64,000 nt of DNA from Pseudomonadota bacterium (GCA_040385285.1 JAZKHQ010000022.1:18109-82108), one strand, 5' to 3'; shown: positions 53,244 through 61,995, counted from the stretch's first letter. Made by a program: numbers and translations. The notes: generated from the sequence alone by a model not told the origin.

Positions 53244-55025
53244 TCATGTGCTGAAGCGGTCCGGCGAAACCCGCGCCGCCAGCGCCACAGGCAGGGGCGA
53301 CGGCGCCCCCGTGATCAGGGCCGCGACATGCTGCGCCAGCAACGGCGCATGGCAGAAGCCGCGCGACCCCAGCCCGCCCAGCACATGCAGACCCGGCCGC
53401 CCCGGAACCGCTCCGGCCAGAGGCAGCCGATCCGGCGTCGTCGCCCGGATCGCGGCGCGGCGCCGTGTCGCGTCCTGAACCTGCGCCGCCAGCGCCGGAA
53501 GCCGTGCGGTCACGGTCGCCCGGTTCTTCTCGCTCGCCGCATCGCTGACCCGGACATCGGTCTCGCCCCGCTCGTGCGTCGCGCCGAACAGCAGCCCCGC
53601 CGCCGTCGGAACCGCATAGCCGCCCCAGGCCACGGGCGCGGTCGTCACGCCTTCGACCCAGTCCGCCTGCCCTCGCACAGGAGATAACGGCAGGTCCGCC
53701 AGTCCGGCGGCGCCCCAGCCGGCGGCCAGCACCACGGCGTCCGCCTCAAGCACTGTCGCGCCGTCGCCATCGACCAGCCGCCAGCCATCGTCGACAGGCT
53801 CCAGCCCCGCGACCCGCGCCGTCACCCGCGCCGCGCCCTCCAGCCAGGCTTCCAGCACCCGCGACGGCGCAATCGCGCCCGCGTCCCGCATCATCAGCCC
53901 CCCGGCCACGACAGGCTCGCCCAGCCGCGCGGAGCAGGCGTCAGCGTCCAGAACCGTCATGGCCCCTTCGGGCCAGATCGCCTGCCCCGCGATCCTGGCG
54001 AACCGCCCCGCATCGCGCGGCGCCTGCTCCAGCTGCAGCACGCCCTCGGCCACAACGGCGCCCGCCTCACGATAGCCCGCCATCGCGGTCCGCAGCGCCT
54101 GGGCGTTCAGCGCCGCGATCTCCCGGTCTCCCGCATCCAGCCTCGGCGTCACCAGCGACGCGGGAAAGCCCGAGGCGCCCGCGCCGGATCCTTCCGCCTC
54201 CACCACCGAGACCTCGGCGCCCACGGCCCTCAGCGCCCGCGCCACGGCAGCGCCCGCGATCCCGGCCCCGATCACCGCCACGCGCGGCGGCGCCCGCTCG
54301 GCCTGCGCCGCCCCGGTCCGGCGCGCCTCCAGCCGTTCGCGCTTGCGGCCGTGGCCGGGTTTCTTCTCGACCGCGAAGCCGCGCTCGGCCAGCGCTCGCC
54401 GCACCGCCCCGGCCACGGTGAAGGTCGCGACCCGCGCATCGGCCGCCGAGCGTACCGCGATCCGGTCCATCACCGCGTCCGACCACATGGCCGGGTTGGT
54501 CGAGGGTGCGAACCCGTCCAGGAACCAGGCGTCGGCCCGGCCCGCCCATTCCGCCAGCGCCCATTCCACCTCGCCGATCGCCACGTCCACCGTCGCCCGG
54601 AAATCCGGCAGGTCGATGCGGTGGAACCCCGGCGTTCCGTCCGGCCATTGCGCCAGCAGCGCCGTCGCGACCTCCGACAACTCCGGCCAGGCAGACAGCG
54701 CCCGCGCCGCCTCCGCCGCCGTCAGCGGATAGCCCTCGACCGTGAACACATGCAGCCGCCCGACGGCCGGTCCCTCGCGCCGCCACAGGTCCAGCAGCGC
54801 CGCGATGTTCAGCCCCGTGCCGAAGCCCAGCTCGGCCACCGTGAACCCCCCGCGCCCGGCCCAGGCCTGCGGCAGGCCGCACCCGGCCAGGAACACCGCG
54901 CGGCTCTCGGCCAGCCCGTCCTCCTTCGAGAAATAGACGTCGCCGAACCGGCCCGACCGCGGTGAACCGTCTTCGGCCCAGACCAGCAGGGGAGAGGCGT
55001 CGGGGGCGGGCGTGTCGGCGCTCAT
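53244..55025 (-). CDS. mnmC: Bifunctional tRNA mnm5s2U biosynthesis protein (methyltransferase plus FAD oxidoreductase)
   Basis: FGDVYFS, ELGFGTGLN, WFLDGFAP, GAGIAG, GLGSRG. Confidence 0.93.
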   Translation of the reverse strand: MSADTPAPDASPLLVWAEDGSPRSGRFGDVYFSKEDGLAESRAVFLAGCGLPQAWAGRGGFTVAELGFGTGLNIAALLDLWRREGPAVGRLHVFTVEGYPLTAAEAARALSAWPELSEVATALLAQWPDGTPGFHRIDLPDFRATVDVAIGEVEWALAEWAGRADAWFLDGFAPSTNPAMWSDAVMDRIAVRSAADARVATFTVAGAVRRALAERGFAVEKKPGHGRKRERLEARRTGAAQAERAPPRVAVIGAGIAGAAVARALRAVGAEVSVVEAEGSGAGASGFPASLVTPRLDAGDREIAALNAQALRTAMAGYREAGAVVAEGVLQLEQAPRDAGRFARIAGQAIWPEGAMTVLDADACSARLGEPVVAGGLMMRDAGAIAPSRVLEAWLEGAARVTARVAGLEPVDDGWRLVDGDGATVLEADAVVLAAGWGAAGLADLPLSPVRGQADWVEGVTTAPVAWGGYAVPTAAGLLFGATHERGETDVRVSDAASEKNRATVTARLPALAAQVQDATRRRAAIRATTPDRLPLAGAVPGRPGLHVLGGLGSRGFCHAPLLAQHVAALITGAPSPLPVALAARVSPDRFST

Positions 55026-55049
55026 GGCGTCCCTATAGCAGCGCGCACG

Positions 55050-55076
55050 AAAAAGGGGCCGCCGAGGCGACCCCTT
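55050..55076 (-). terminator. Rho-independent terminator
   Basis: AAGGGGCCGCC-GA-GGCGACCCCTT stem with an A5 run (T5 on the minus strand). Confidence 0.75.
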
Positions 55077-55119
55077 CCGTCACGGACCCGAAGGGCCGCG
55101 ATCAGCTTGTCAGAAGCGC

Positions 55120-55380
55120 TTAGTGAGCGGCTTCTTCCTTGGCGGCCGGAGCCATCGCGGCGCCTTCGGCCGGAGCGGCAGCAGCGGCGGTCGCTTCGCC
55201 GGCGGCGGCCGAAGCGTCGGTCGCGGCGGCCGTGGCCGTGTCAGCAGCGGCGGTCGCCGTGTCGGCGGCCATCGTGGCGTCGGCGGCGGCCTCGTCGGCC
55301 TTGTCGGCTTCAGCGGCGGGTTGGCAGGCGGCCAGGGCCAGAGCGGCGCCGGCAGCGGCGATCAGAGCGGTCATACGCAT
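55120..55380 (-). CDS. Small Ala-rich lipoprotein (86 aa)
   Basis: MRMTALIAAAGAALALAAC lipobox; GGAG RBS. Confidence 0.8.
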   Translation of the reverse strand: MRMTALIAAAGAALALAACQPAAEADKADEAAADATMAADTATAAADTATAAATDASAAAGEATAAAAAPAEGAAMAPAAKEEAAH

Positions 55381-55518
55381 AGGTGAATCCTCCCATGGAT
55401 CATCGGGGACTTTAAGTCCCTCGACCCGGAGGTAACGCCCGCGTGAAGCGAACCGCAAGCGATTTTTCACGCCTTCGTGATCACGATTCCGGCCCATCGC
55501 CGGCGAAGCCAGCGGGCG

Positions 55519-55779
55519 TCAGGGCTGGGGCGGCGGAGAGCCCGTCGAGGGGTTCATCCCCGTCTGGTCCTCGGGCAGGGTCGGGGGCGGATCCGCCGGT
55601 TGCATCACCCCCGCCTCACCCGCCGAGGGGACCGAATCAGTCCTCGCCGGTTCGCTCACGGCCGGGGCGGGCGTCGCGGCCGGCGCGGGTTCGGGATCAG
55701 GCGTCGCGGGTTCGGTCTTCTGCCCGCAGGCGGCCAGGGCCAGCGCGGCGCACAGCGGGATCAGGCTTGTCGATCTCAT
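55519..55779 (-). CDS. Small Pro-rich lipoprotein (86 aa)
   Basis: MRSTSLIPLCAALALAAC lipobox; GGAGG RBS. Confidence 0.75.
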   Translation of the reverse strand: MRSTSLIPLCAALALAACGQKTEPATPDPEPAPAATPAPAVSEPARTDSVPSAGEAGVMQPADPPPTLPEDQTGMNPSTGSPPPQP

Positions 55780-55846
55780 GAGGTTTCCTCCGTCCGGAGA
55801 GGAAAACCCGCCGCGTCCCGGCCCGTTCCGGATCAGGCGGCCGCCG

Positions 55847-56716
55847 TCACGCCTCGGTCGGGGCGTTCGACAGGGCCTCTTCCATCTCGGCGAAGGACGG
55901 CTGGGCGCTGGAGGGAATGTCGCCGCGCCCGATCTCGACCGAGATCTGCGCCGCATTGCCGTGCAGGTGGGCCACCAGCACCGACTGGATGATCTTGTAG
56001 AAGGCGCTCTCCTCATCGACGATCGCCTTCAGCCGCGTGGCGATCGGGCCGACCAGTCCGTAGGCCAGGAACACGCCCAGGAAGGTGCCGACCAGCGCCC
56101 CGCCGATCATCCCGCCCAGGATCTCGGGCGGCTCGGTGATCGAGCCCATGGTCTTGATGACCCCCAGCACGGCCGCGACGATGCCCAGCGCCGGCAGGGC
56201 GTCGGCCAGGTTGGTCAGGGCGTGGGGCGCCTCCAGCGCCTCGTGGTGGTGCTTCTCAAGCTGCTTTTCCATCGCGTCCTCGATCTGGTGAGGATCCTCG
56301 AGGTTCATCGTCATCATCCGCAGGGTGTCGCAGATGAAGTCGGTGGCGAAATGGTCCTTCAGCACCTTGGGGTACTTCTGGAAGATGGTGCTCTCGGCGG
56401 GCTTCTCGATGTGGCTTTCCAGAGCGATGACGCCCTTGGACTTCATCGTCTTGGTCAGCTGGAACAGCAGGCCCAGCAGGTCCTTGTAGTCCTGCTTCTT
56501 CCATTTCGGCCCGCCGAACGCCTTGCCCAGCCCGCCCAGCGTCGCCTTCATCGTGGTGACGCTGTTCGAGATCAGGAAGGCCGCCACCCCGGCGCCGCCG
56601 ATGGCCATCATCTCATGCGGCAGGGCGTGCATGATGACTTCCATCTTGCCGCCGGAGATCAGGTAGCTGCCGAACACGAGGCCGAACAGCAGGGCGATGC
56701 CGATGATCTGGAACAT
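55847..56716 (-). CDS. motA: Flagellar motor stator protein MotA
   Basis: GVIALESHIEKP, DALPALGIVAAVLG, GTFLGVFLAYG, VEIGR. Confidence 0.95.
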   Translation of the reverse strand: MFQIIGIALLFGLVFGSYLISGGKMEVIMHALPHEMMAIGGAGVAAFLISNSVTTMKATLGGLGKAFGGPKWKKQDYKDLLGLLFQLTKTMKSKGVIALESHIEKPAESTIFQKYPKVLKDHFATDFICDTLRMMTMNLEDPHQIEDAMEKQLEKHHHEALEAPHALTNLADALPALGIVAAVLGVIKTMGSITEPPEILGGMIGGALVGTFLGVFLAYGLVGPIATRLKAIVDEESAFYKIIQSVLVAHLHGNAAQISVEIGRGDIPSSAQPSFAEMEEALSNAPTEA

Positions 56717-56810
56717 GGACGGACGGGAATCCTGACGCGCGGGAGATGCGCCAGATATCGCCGTTAATCATTAAGGGCGGGTTGCGAACGGGCGGCGATG
56801 CGATACGCGC

Positions 56811-56866
56811 CAACGTCCGCCTGGAGGCTGGAGGGGAATGTCCGCTATCGACCCAAAGCGGACATT
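56811..56866 (-). repeat. Palindrome family copy B plus adjacent half-site
   Basis: AATGTCCGCT-ATCGACCCAA-AGCGGACATT (56837-56866, perfect 10-bp arms); half-site CAACGTCCGC at 56811-56820. Confidence 0.9.
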
Positions 56867-56893
56867 TGAGTCTGGGTTGGCTAACTTCGCGCA

Positions 56894-57361
56894 ATGAAGA
56901 AGGTCACTGACGAACTGACTGCGCTCCTGCCTGATCTCGCGCTCTGGAATGATGGGCGGGGCATCAGCGCAATGGACTGGCTACTCAGCGAGCCCAAGAT
57001 GGACCTGCCTGTAGCCTACAGCAGCTTGTTCTGGCCGCGTTTCGTCGCTGTCGGCCCCTACGTATTGCGGGAGGGCTTCGATCCCGACAGTCTCAAAGCA
57101 TGGGAAAAATCAGGAGAGCATAGGCGCGGCATCGAAGGTGCAATGAACGTCATCGATACGCTCGACCTGTTGGTTCCGGTGGGTGAAGCGGCGTCCAAGC
57201 TCGCCGAGCGACAGGCGGTCTACATCGGCGGCGTTCTTGCCGACATCCATCGAGTCAAGCTCGCGCAGGACTTCCCAAACAATCGTTTCACTGTCGAGTT
57301 TTGGGACGGCACGCAGGCCCAAGGGGACGATATTTCTCTATCGTTCTGGCAGAACGAATAG
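56894..57361 (+). CDS. Hypothetical protein, cassette-like; resembles orphan toxin-immunity-type proteins
   Basis: Lower GC; FWPRFV...E..N..D....FP..RF.V.F....D..SFWQ pattern; tightly flanked by palindromes. Confidence 0.7.
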   Translation: MKKVTDELTALLPDLALWNDGRGISAMDWLLSEPKMDLPVAYSSLFWPRFVAVGPYVLREGFDPDSLKAWEKSGEHRRGIEGAMNVIDTLDLLVPVGEAASKLAERQAVYIGGVLADIHRVKLAQDFPNNRFTVEFWDGTQAQGDDISLSFWQNE

Positions 57362-57390
57362 CCGCTCGGCGCAGTGCTTCTTTGCTTGCT

Positions 57391-57444
57391 AAGGTCCGCT
57401 AACCGCCGATGAGCGAGTGGCCGCTACCGACCCATAGCGGACGT
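57391..57444 (-). repeat. Palindrome family copy C plus adjacent half-site
   Basis: Half-site AAGGTCCGCT (57391-57400) and AGTGGCCGCTACCGACCCATAGCGGACGT (57416-57444); same layout as copy B. Confidence 0.85.
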
Positions 57445-57537
57445 CCGGTTCCGCCGTGGAGATGATATAGAAGGCCAATGAACCGGTGGCGGCTCCTCAC
57501 AAATGTCGTCCCGTCATTGCGGCAGGAAGGGCGAACT

Positions 57538-58314
57538 CTAGGTTTGAGCGGATCTAGGATTGATCATGACGCTATGGGTCGCGTGGCCGAACGTGCCGAC
57601 GCAATCGCCCAGCACGGTGACACATACGGTGCGCCCCCCTGCATGAGGCAGCCAATGCGATTTCAGCAGTATCCATCCTCCTTCAGGCGGTCGGACGAAG
57701 CCTACGGACAGGTCCAGCGACGGGAAGGTCCAATCCTCAAAGGACAGGTCTGCCGCGATGCCGCTCCCGAAGTCCGCTGATGCAACCGCTCGGCCGATGG
57801 CGTTCGGAAGCTGCTGATCGATCAGCGGGCTTTCCATTCGAAACCAGGCCTGGGCTGGCCCCAAATGCCCAAAGCCGCCGAGGCGGGGCAAGATGTTGAA
57901 CTGTTCGGCGAACCCGCCGGGAATAGGGCAAGGAGGACCGTCCGCCTGCGGCTGCACAGATGCGCCGTTCAGAGTTCCTGGATCTTCAGTCTGGCGAACG
58001 AGCAAGGCGGTCGCGCGAGCAAGAAGCTGATCGTCTGTCAGCAGTTCAAGCTCGATCGCTCGCGCTTGCCTGCCAGCTCGCACGACCTTTGTGCGAACCT
58101 CCAACGCAGCATCGATCGGCGTTGGGCGCAGGAAGTCGATAGTGAACCGCACGACCGACATTGGACTGTCCGACGCCTGCGCCTCAGCTATATGCGCTAG
58201 CAAGCCGGCTGGCGCACCGCCATGGCATTGGCTTGCGATCCATGGACCGCTGGCGGCGGGCGTTGCCATGAACCGGCCGGGTTGATCACAAGTAACAAAG
58301 ATCGGGCCGCTCAT
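57538..58314 (-). CDS. Thioesterase family protein (double hot-dog, TesB-like)
   Basis: GPW...CHGGAPAGLL, DFLRPTP, ADFGSG, FPSLDLSV..RPP.G.WI. Confidence 0.85.
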   Translation of the reverse strand: MSGPIFVTCDQPGRFMATPAASGPWIASQCHGGAPAGLLAHIAEAQASDSPMSVVRFTIDFLRPTPIDAALEVRTKVVRAGRQARAIELELLTDDQLLARATALLVRQTEDPGTLNGASVQPQADGPPCPIPGGFAEQFNILPRLGGFGHLGPAQAWFRMESPLIDQQLPNAIGRAVASADFGSGIAADLSFEDWTFPSLDLSVGFVRPPEGGWILLKSHWLPHAGGRTVCVTVLGDCVGTFGHATHSVMINPRSAQT

Positions 58315-58626
58315 GCACACCGCGCTTCTGAACTGGTTGAGAAGAAGTATCCTGAAGGATTCAGTCAGGTCACCGCCAGTGGGGGATTGGACACCCAACG
58401 AGGACGATGAGACATGCCATCGACCATAATCTTCCCCCTGACCGCTCCGCTGGCCTCGGGCGTAGCCATCACGATCGATGTGCTGGCGATGGCCACTCAC
58501 GCCCACAGCTGATCTTGACAATGCCCGGGCCAATATCGCCAAAGCGCAGCGGTGCACTTGTCAGCGCCGCCCAACTCTCCAACGTAAAGAGCGAATGCCG
58601 GGGACCGCCCGCCGAAGGAGAATGAC

Positions 58627-58914
58627 ATGAGAGCCTTGGTCGTCGCAGTTTTGAAAATAACAGATCCAGCGAGCTATGGTCGCTATGTTGCGGCATTCCC
58701 TGCGGTCTTTGCCCGTCACGAGGGTTCAGTCTTGGCAGCCGACCCGGCGCCAGAGCGTTTAGAAGGGGTCGCAACGGACAAGATCGTGGTGATGTCCTTC
58801 CCCGATGTCGCTGCAGCTCGGCGCTTCCTCGAAGACCCTGATTATCAGGCGATCTCTGCCGATCGCCGGCAAGGCGCTGTTGTCGATGCTTGGCTCGTGC
58901 AGGGTTACGCCTGA
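58627..58914 (+). CDS. DUF1330 domain protein
   Basis: ITDPASYGRY, LEG....VVMSFPD..AARRF..DPDYQ; GAAGGAG RBS. Confidence 0.88.
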   Translation: MRALVVAVLKITDPASYGRYVAAFPAVFARHEGSVLAADPAPERLEGVATDKIVVMSFPDVAAARRFLEDPDYQAISADRRQGAVVDAWLVQGYA

Positions 58915-59096
58915 GCTACTGCGAGCAGGCATGCCGGAGTCAGTCGGCTCGCAGTCATGGACCTCTACGACACCTCTGGCGGCGTCATGACGGCCGAGCT
59001 CGTATGCTCGATCAATGTGTACGAAGCGGGCGCTCCAACCGCAGGGATCAGCGTCAGCCTAAGTCAACCAACTTCGCCTCGCATCAACCTTGCTGC

Positions 59097-59210
59097 TGGA
59101 AGCGGACGATCTTAACGACCGCTTCGAGTCAGAAGCAGACCTTGCGCCGTCAACCGCCGTCTAGCGTCTGCTAACCTCCCATAGCGGACCTGATCAGCGT
59201 CCGCTTCGGG
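59097..59210. repeat. Cluster of palindrome-family copies (E, D) and half-sites
   Basis: AACGACCGCTTCGAGTCAGAAGCAGACCTT (59114-59143); GCGTCTGCTAACCTCCCATAGCGGACC (59164-59190); half-sites GGAAGCGGAC (about 59098) and AGCGTCCGCTT (about 59196). Confidence 0.8.
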
Positions 59211-59214
59211 CGGC

Positions 59215-61011
59215 CTAGAATCGATTCGATCCGTCCAGCACCGCGGCCAGGGCCGTCGGCGTCAGCTTCTGGTAGCCGTTCTTGCCGCCGCGCACGAACA
59301 GCTGGCCCGTCACCTTTTCGGGATCGAACCCGTCGGCGACCAGGTCGACCTTGCGGTATTTGAAGGTGCCGGTGGTGTCGGCCGCCTTGATGATCCGCAC
59401 GAACACCGGACGCGCATAGGCCGGCAGCTCAGCCTCGGCCCGCGCGGCGAAGGCGGCGGCGTCGAACTTGCCCTCGACCACCAGCGCGGCCATCCCGGCC
59501 TTGCCCTCCTGGTGCGGCACCGGCACGCCGTAGGCGATGACCTCCTTCACGCCCGGCGCATCGGCCAGCCGCTGTTCGACCTCTGCGGTCGAGACGTTCT
59601 CGCCCTTCCAGCGGAAGGTGTCGCCGATCCGGTCGACGAAGTAGAAATAGCCCTCGCGGTCCTGGCGCATCAGGTCGCCGGTGCGGAACCAGCGGTCGCC
59701 GGGCTTGAACACGTCGGTCAGGATCTTCTTCTCCGACGCCGCCTTGTCGGCATAGCCCGAGAAGTCGTGGCGGGTGTCGTCGCCGATCATGCCGATGGCC
59801 TCGCCGATCTCGCCGGTGGACGCCAGGCGGCAACGCCCGTCCGGCCCGCGCAACGGCTCGTCGTTCTCATCCAGCGGGATCAGACGGATGTTGACCTTGT
59901 TCTTGATGAACCACGGCGCGCGTCCGATCGACCCGGCCCGGCCGTCGAAGTTGAAGACCGAGACGTTGCCCTCGGTCGAGCCGTAGAACTCCAGGATGTC
60001 GGGGATGGCGAACCGGCTCTGGAACTCCTTCCATACATCGGGGCGCAGGCCGTTGCCGTATGCGAGGCGCAGCTTGTGCGCCCGCTCGTCCTCATGCGGC
60101 GGACAGTTGACCAGATACCGGCACAGCTCGCCGATATAGACGAACAGGGTGGCGCCGCTGGCCTTCACGTCGGGCCAGAAGGCGTTGGCCGAGAACCGCT
60201 TGCGGATCACCAGCCTGCCGCCGTTCAGCAGCGCCGGCCCGATGCCCACCAGCCCGCCGGTCGAGTGATAGAGCGGCAGGACGTTGAAGGTGACGTCCTT
60301 CTCGGTCGCCCGGGTCGCCCCGGCAAAGGCGCGCATATAGGTCCGCGCCCGCGAATGCGGCACCCGCGCCGCTTTCGGCAGTCCCGTGGTCCCCGAGGTG
60401 TAGATGTAGAGCGCCGTCGAGCGGTTGGTCAGACCCGTCCGCCCCGACCGCGGCGGCCGCACCGAGGATGCGCCCTGCAACGGCTTGTCCAGCCCGCGCC
60501 GGTCGCTGGTCTCGTCGGCGTCGTTGAGGCCCAGCACCCACAGCATCAGGTTCCGGCCCGTGAACTCGCGCGCCTCCTCGACCTTGCGCCAGTGATCCTC
60601 GTCGACGATCACCTGCGACGCGCCCGAGATCGACAGGCAGTGGGCCAGAGCCTGGCCGGTCAGGTTGGTGTTGATCAGGGCCGTGGCCACGCCGACCTTG
60701 GAGAAGCCCATCCACGCGGCCAGGTATTCCACCCGGTTGGCCATCACCATGGCGACCGTATCGCCGCGCTTCAGGTTGCGCCCTCGCGCCCAGTGGCCGA
60801 ACCGGTTCGCCATCCCATCGAACTCGCGGTAGGTCAGACTGCGGCGTTCGTCCTCGACGGCGACATTCTCGGCGTATTTGTCGACGGCCTCCTCAAGATC
60901 GTCGCAGACCAGCACCTCGCTATCCAGCTCGATCGGCTTGATGCGCTTCAGCAGACGGCTCAGCCCGCCCGCGAACCGCATGTCGCGCCGGATGTTCGCC
61001 ATCAAACCCAT
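59215..61011 (-). CDS. Long-chain acyl-CoA synthetase (FATP/FACL-like)
   Basis: YTSGTTGLPKAA, YIGELCRYL, EFYGSTEGN, WFRTGDL, DRIGDTFRWKGENVST. Confidence 0.93.
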   Translation of the reverse strand: MGLMANIRRDMRFAGGLSRLLKRIKPIELDSEVLVCDDLEEAVDKYAENVAVEDERRSLTYREFDGMANRFGHWARGRNLKRGDTVAMVMANRVEYLAAWMGFSKVGVATALINTNLTGQALAHCLSISGASQVIVDEDHWRKVEEAREFTGRNLMLWVLGLNDADETSDRRGLDKPLQGASSVRPPRSGRTGLTNRSTALYIYTSGTTGLPKAARVPHSRARTYMRAFAGATRATEKDVTFNVLPLYHSTGGLVGIGPALLNGGRLVIRKRFSANAFWPDVKASGATLFVYIGELCRYLVNCPPHEDERAHKLRLAYGNGLRPDVWKEFQSRFAIPDILEFYGSTEGNVSVFNFDGRAGSIGRAPWFIKNKVNIRLIPLDENDEPLRGPDGRCRLASTGEIGEAIGMIGDDTRHDFSGYADKAASEKKILTDVFKPGDRWFRTGDLMRQDREGYFYFVDRIGDTFRWKGENVSTAEVEQRLADAPGVKEVIAYGVPVPHQEGKAGMAALVVEGKFDAAAFAARAEAELPAYARPVFVRIIKAADTTGTFKYRKVDLVADGFDPEKVTGQLFVRGGKNGYQKLTPTALAAVLDGSNRF

Positions 61012-61309
61012 GGTGCCTTCGTATCCCTTCGCGCCGTCTGTTCCTGATGGCCGCGCCGGTCCTCCGGGTCAACCGCGAGGGGAATTCACAGCCGCGTGTG
61101 AGGCGCTTTGTCCCGCGACGTTGCGCCGGCGCCCCGGTGACGCTGCGTAAACCGGGAACGATGCTGTATAATAATATTGAGCAACCACTTTCAGGATAAG
61201 CTTTCGCCACACTTGCGGCGACAACAGTATATGTTGAAGGCGAAGGCACTTTTCACGGAACCGGGTTCGCACCAGCCCCGTTGTTAGGCTCCAAGTTCAG
61301 GAGTCCGAT

Positions 61310-61837
61310 ATGACCTATACTTACAGTGACGACCTCAAACCCCATCCGGTGACCAGCACCACCGAGCCCGGCTTCACGCCCGTCTATGCCCGCAAGACCG
61401 GCGGCAAGAAGGCTGTAAAGACCTGGATGATCCTGGCCCCGGTCGGCGTCCTGGCCCTCGCCGCCGGCGCCGCGACCATGCTGATGAACCCCAAGGACGC
61501 CACGCCCTTCGCCGAACCGGCCGCCCCGGCGTCCAGCCTCAGCACGCCGGCCCGGATCGAAACCCCGGCCGCGCCCGTCGAGGCCGCGCCGCTGGTGATC
61601 GAGAACGCGACAGTTGAACCCGCGCCCGCGCCGGTCCGCACCGTTCGTCCGGCCGCGCCCGCCGCCCGCCGCGCCGCCCCGGCCCCCACGACCACGCCGC
61701 GCGTCGAGACGCCGCCGCAACCCGCCGGCCTTCAACCCTATACGGGCAATCTGAATACGGCGCCGACCACCTCGACGCCCACGACCCCGGCCCCGACGAC
61801 CCCGCCTCCGGTGGTCGTGATCACACCCCAGGGCTAA
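61310..61837 (+). CDS. Single-TM Pro/Thr/Ala-rich hypothetical protein
   Basis: AGGAG RBS; one TM segment (WMILAPVGVLALAAGAATMLM); low-complexity C-terminal tail. Confidence 0.8.
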   Translation: MTYTYSDDLKPHPVTSTTEPGFTPVYARKTGGKKAVKTWMILAPVGVLALAAGAATMLMNPKDATPFAEPAAPASSLSTPARIETPAAPVEAAPLVIENATVEPAPAPVRTVRPAAPAARRAAPAPTTTPRVETPPQPAGLQPYTGNLNTAPTTSTPTTPAPTTPPPVVVITPQG

Positions 61838-61853
61838 GTCTTCCCGCGCCGCC

Positions 61854-61940
61854 GCCCTCAAGCAGCGAGCCGCCGCGCGGCGAGCGTTAGGGCAAAATCG
61901 CCCCTCAAGCAGCGAGGCTCCGCGAGCCGAGCGTTAGGGC
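61854..61940 (+). repeat. Tandem doublet of a ~40-nt structured repeat (REP/BIME-like)
   Basis: CCCTCAAGCAGCGA-[5-bp stem, CGC loop]-GAGCGTTAGGGC twice; the inner stem differs by compensatory changes. Confidence 0.85.
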
Positions 61941-61949
61941 GAAAGTCGG

Positions 61950-61983
61950 CAAAGGCCCCGCATGTCCTCCCCGGGGCCTTTGT
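61950..61983. terminator. Bidirectional terminator
   Basis: CAAAGGCCCCG...CGGGGCCTTTG between convergent genes. Confidence 0.8.
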
Positions 61984-61995
61984 CATGTCTGCGGG

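Noticed and set aside
57478-57780. Additional cassette ORFs 57478-57780 and 58407-58625
   Set aside because: The first overlaps the thioesterase antisense; neither has a recognisable motif or RBS.
56811-59210. Classical integron (attC array)
   Set aside because: The palindromes lack the RYYYAAC...GTTRRRY ends, are much shorter than attC sites, and no intI is present. Kept as a non-canonical cassette hypothesis instead.
61854-61940. Possible mini-CRISPR array
   Set aside because: Only two units, the variable part is an internal self-complementary stem rather than a spacer, and no cas genes are present.
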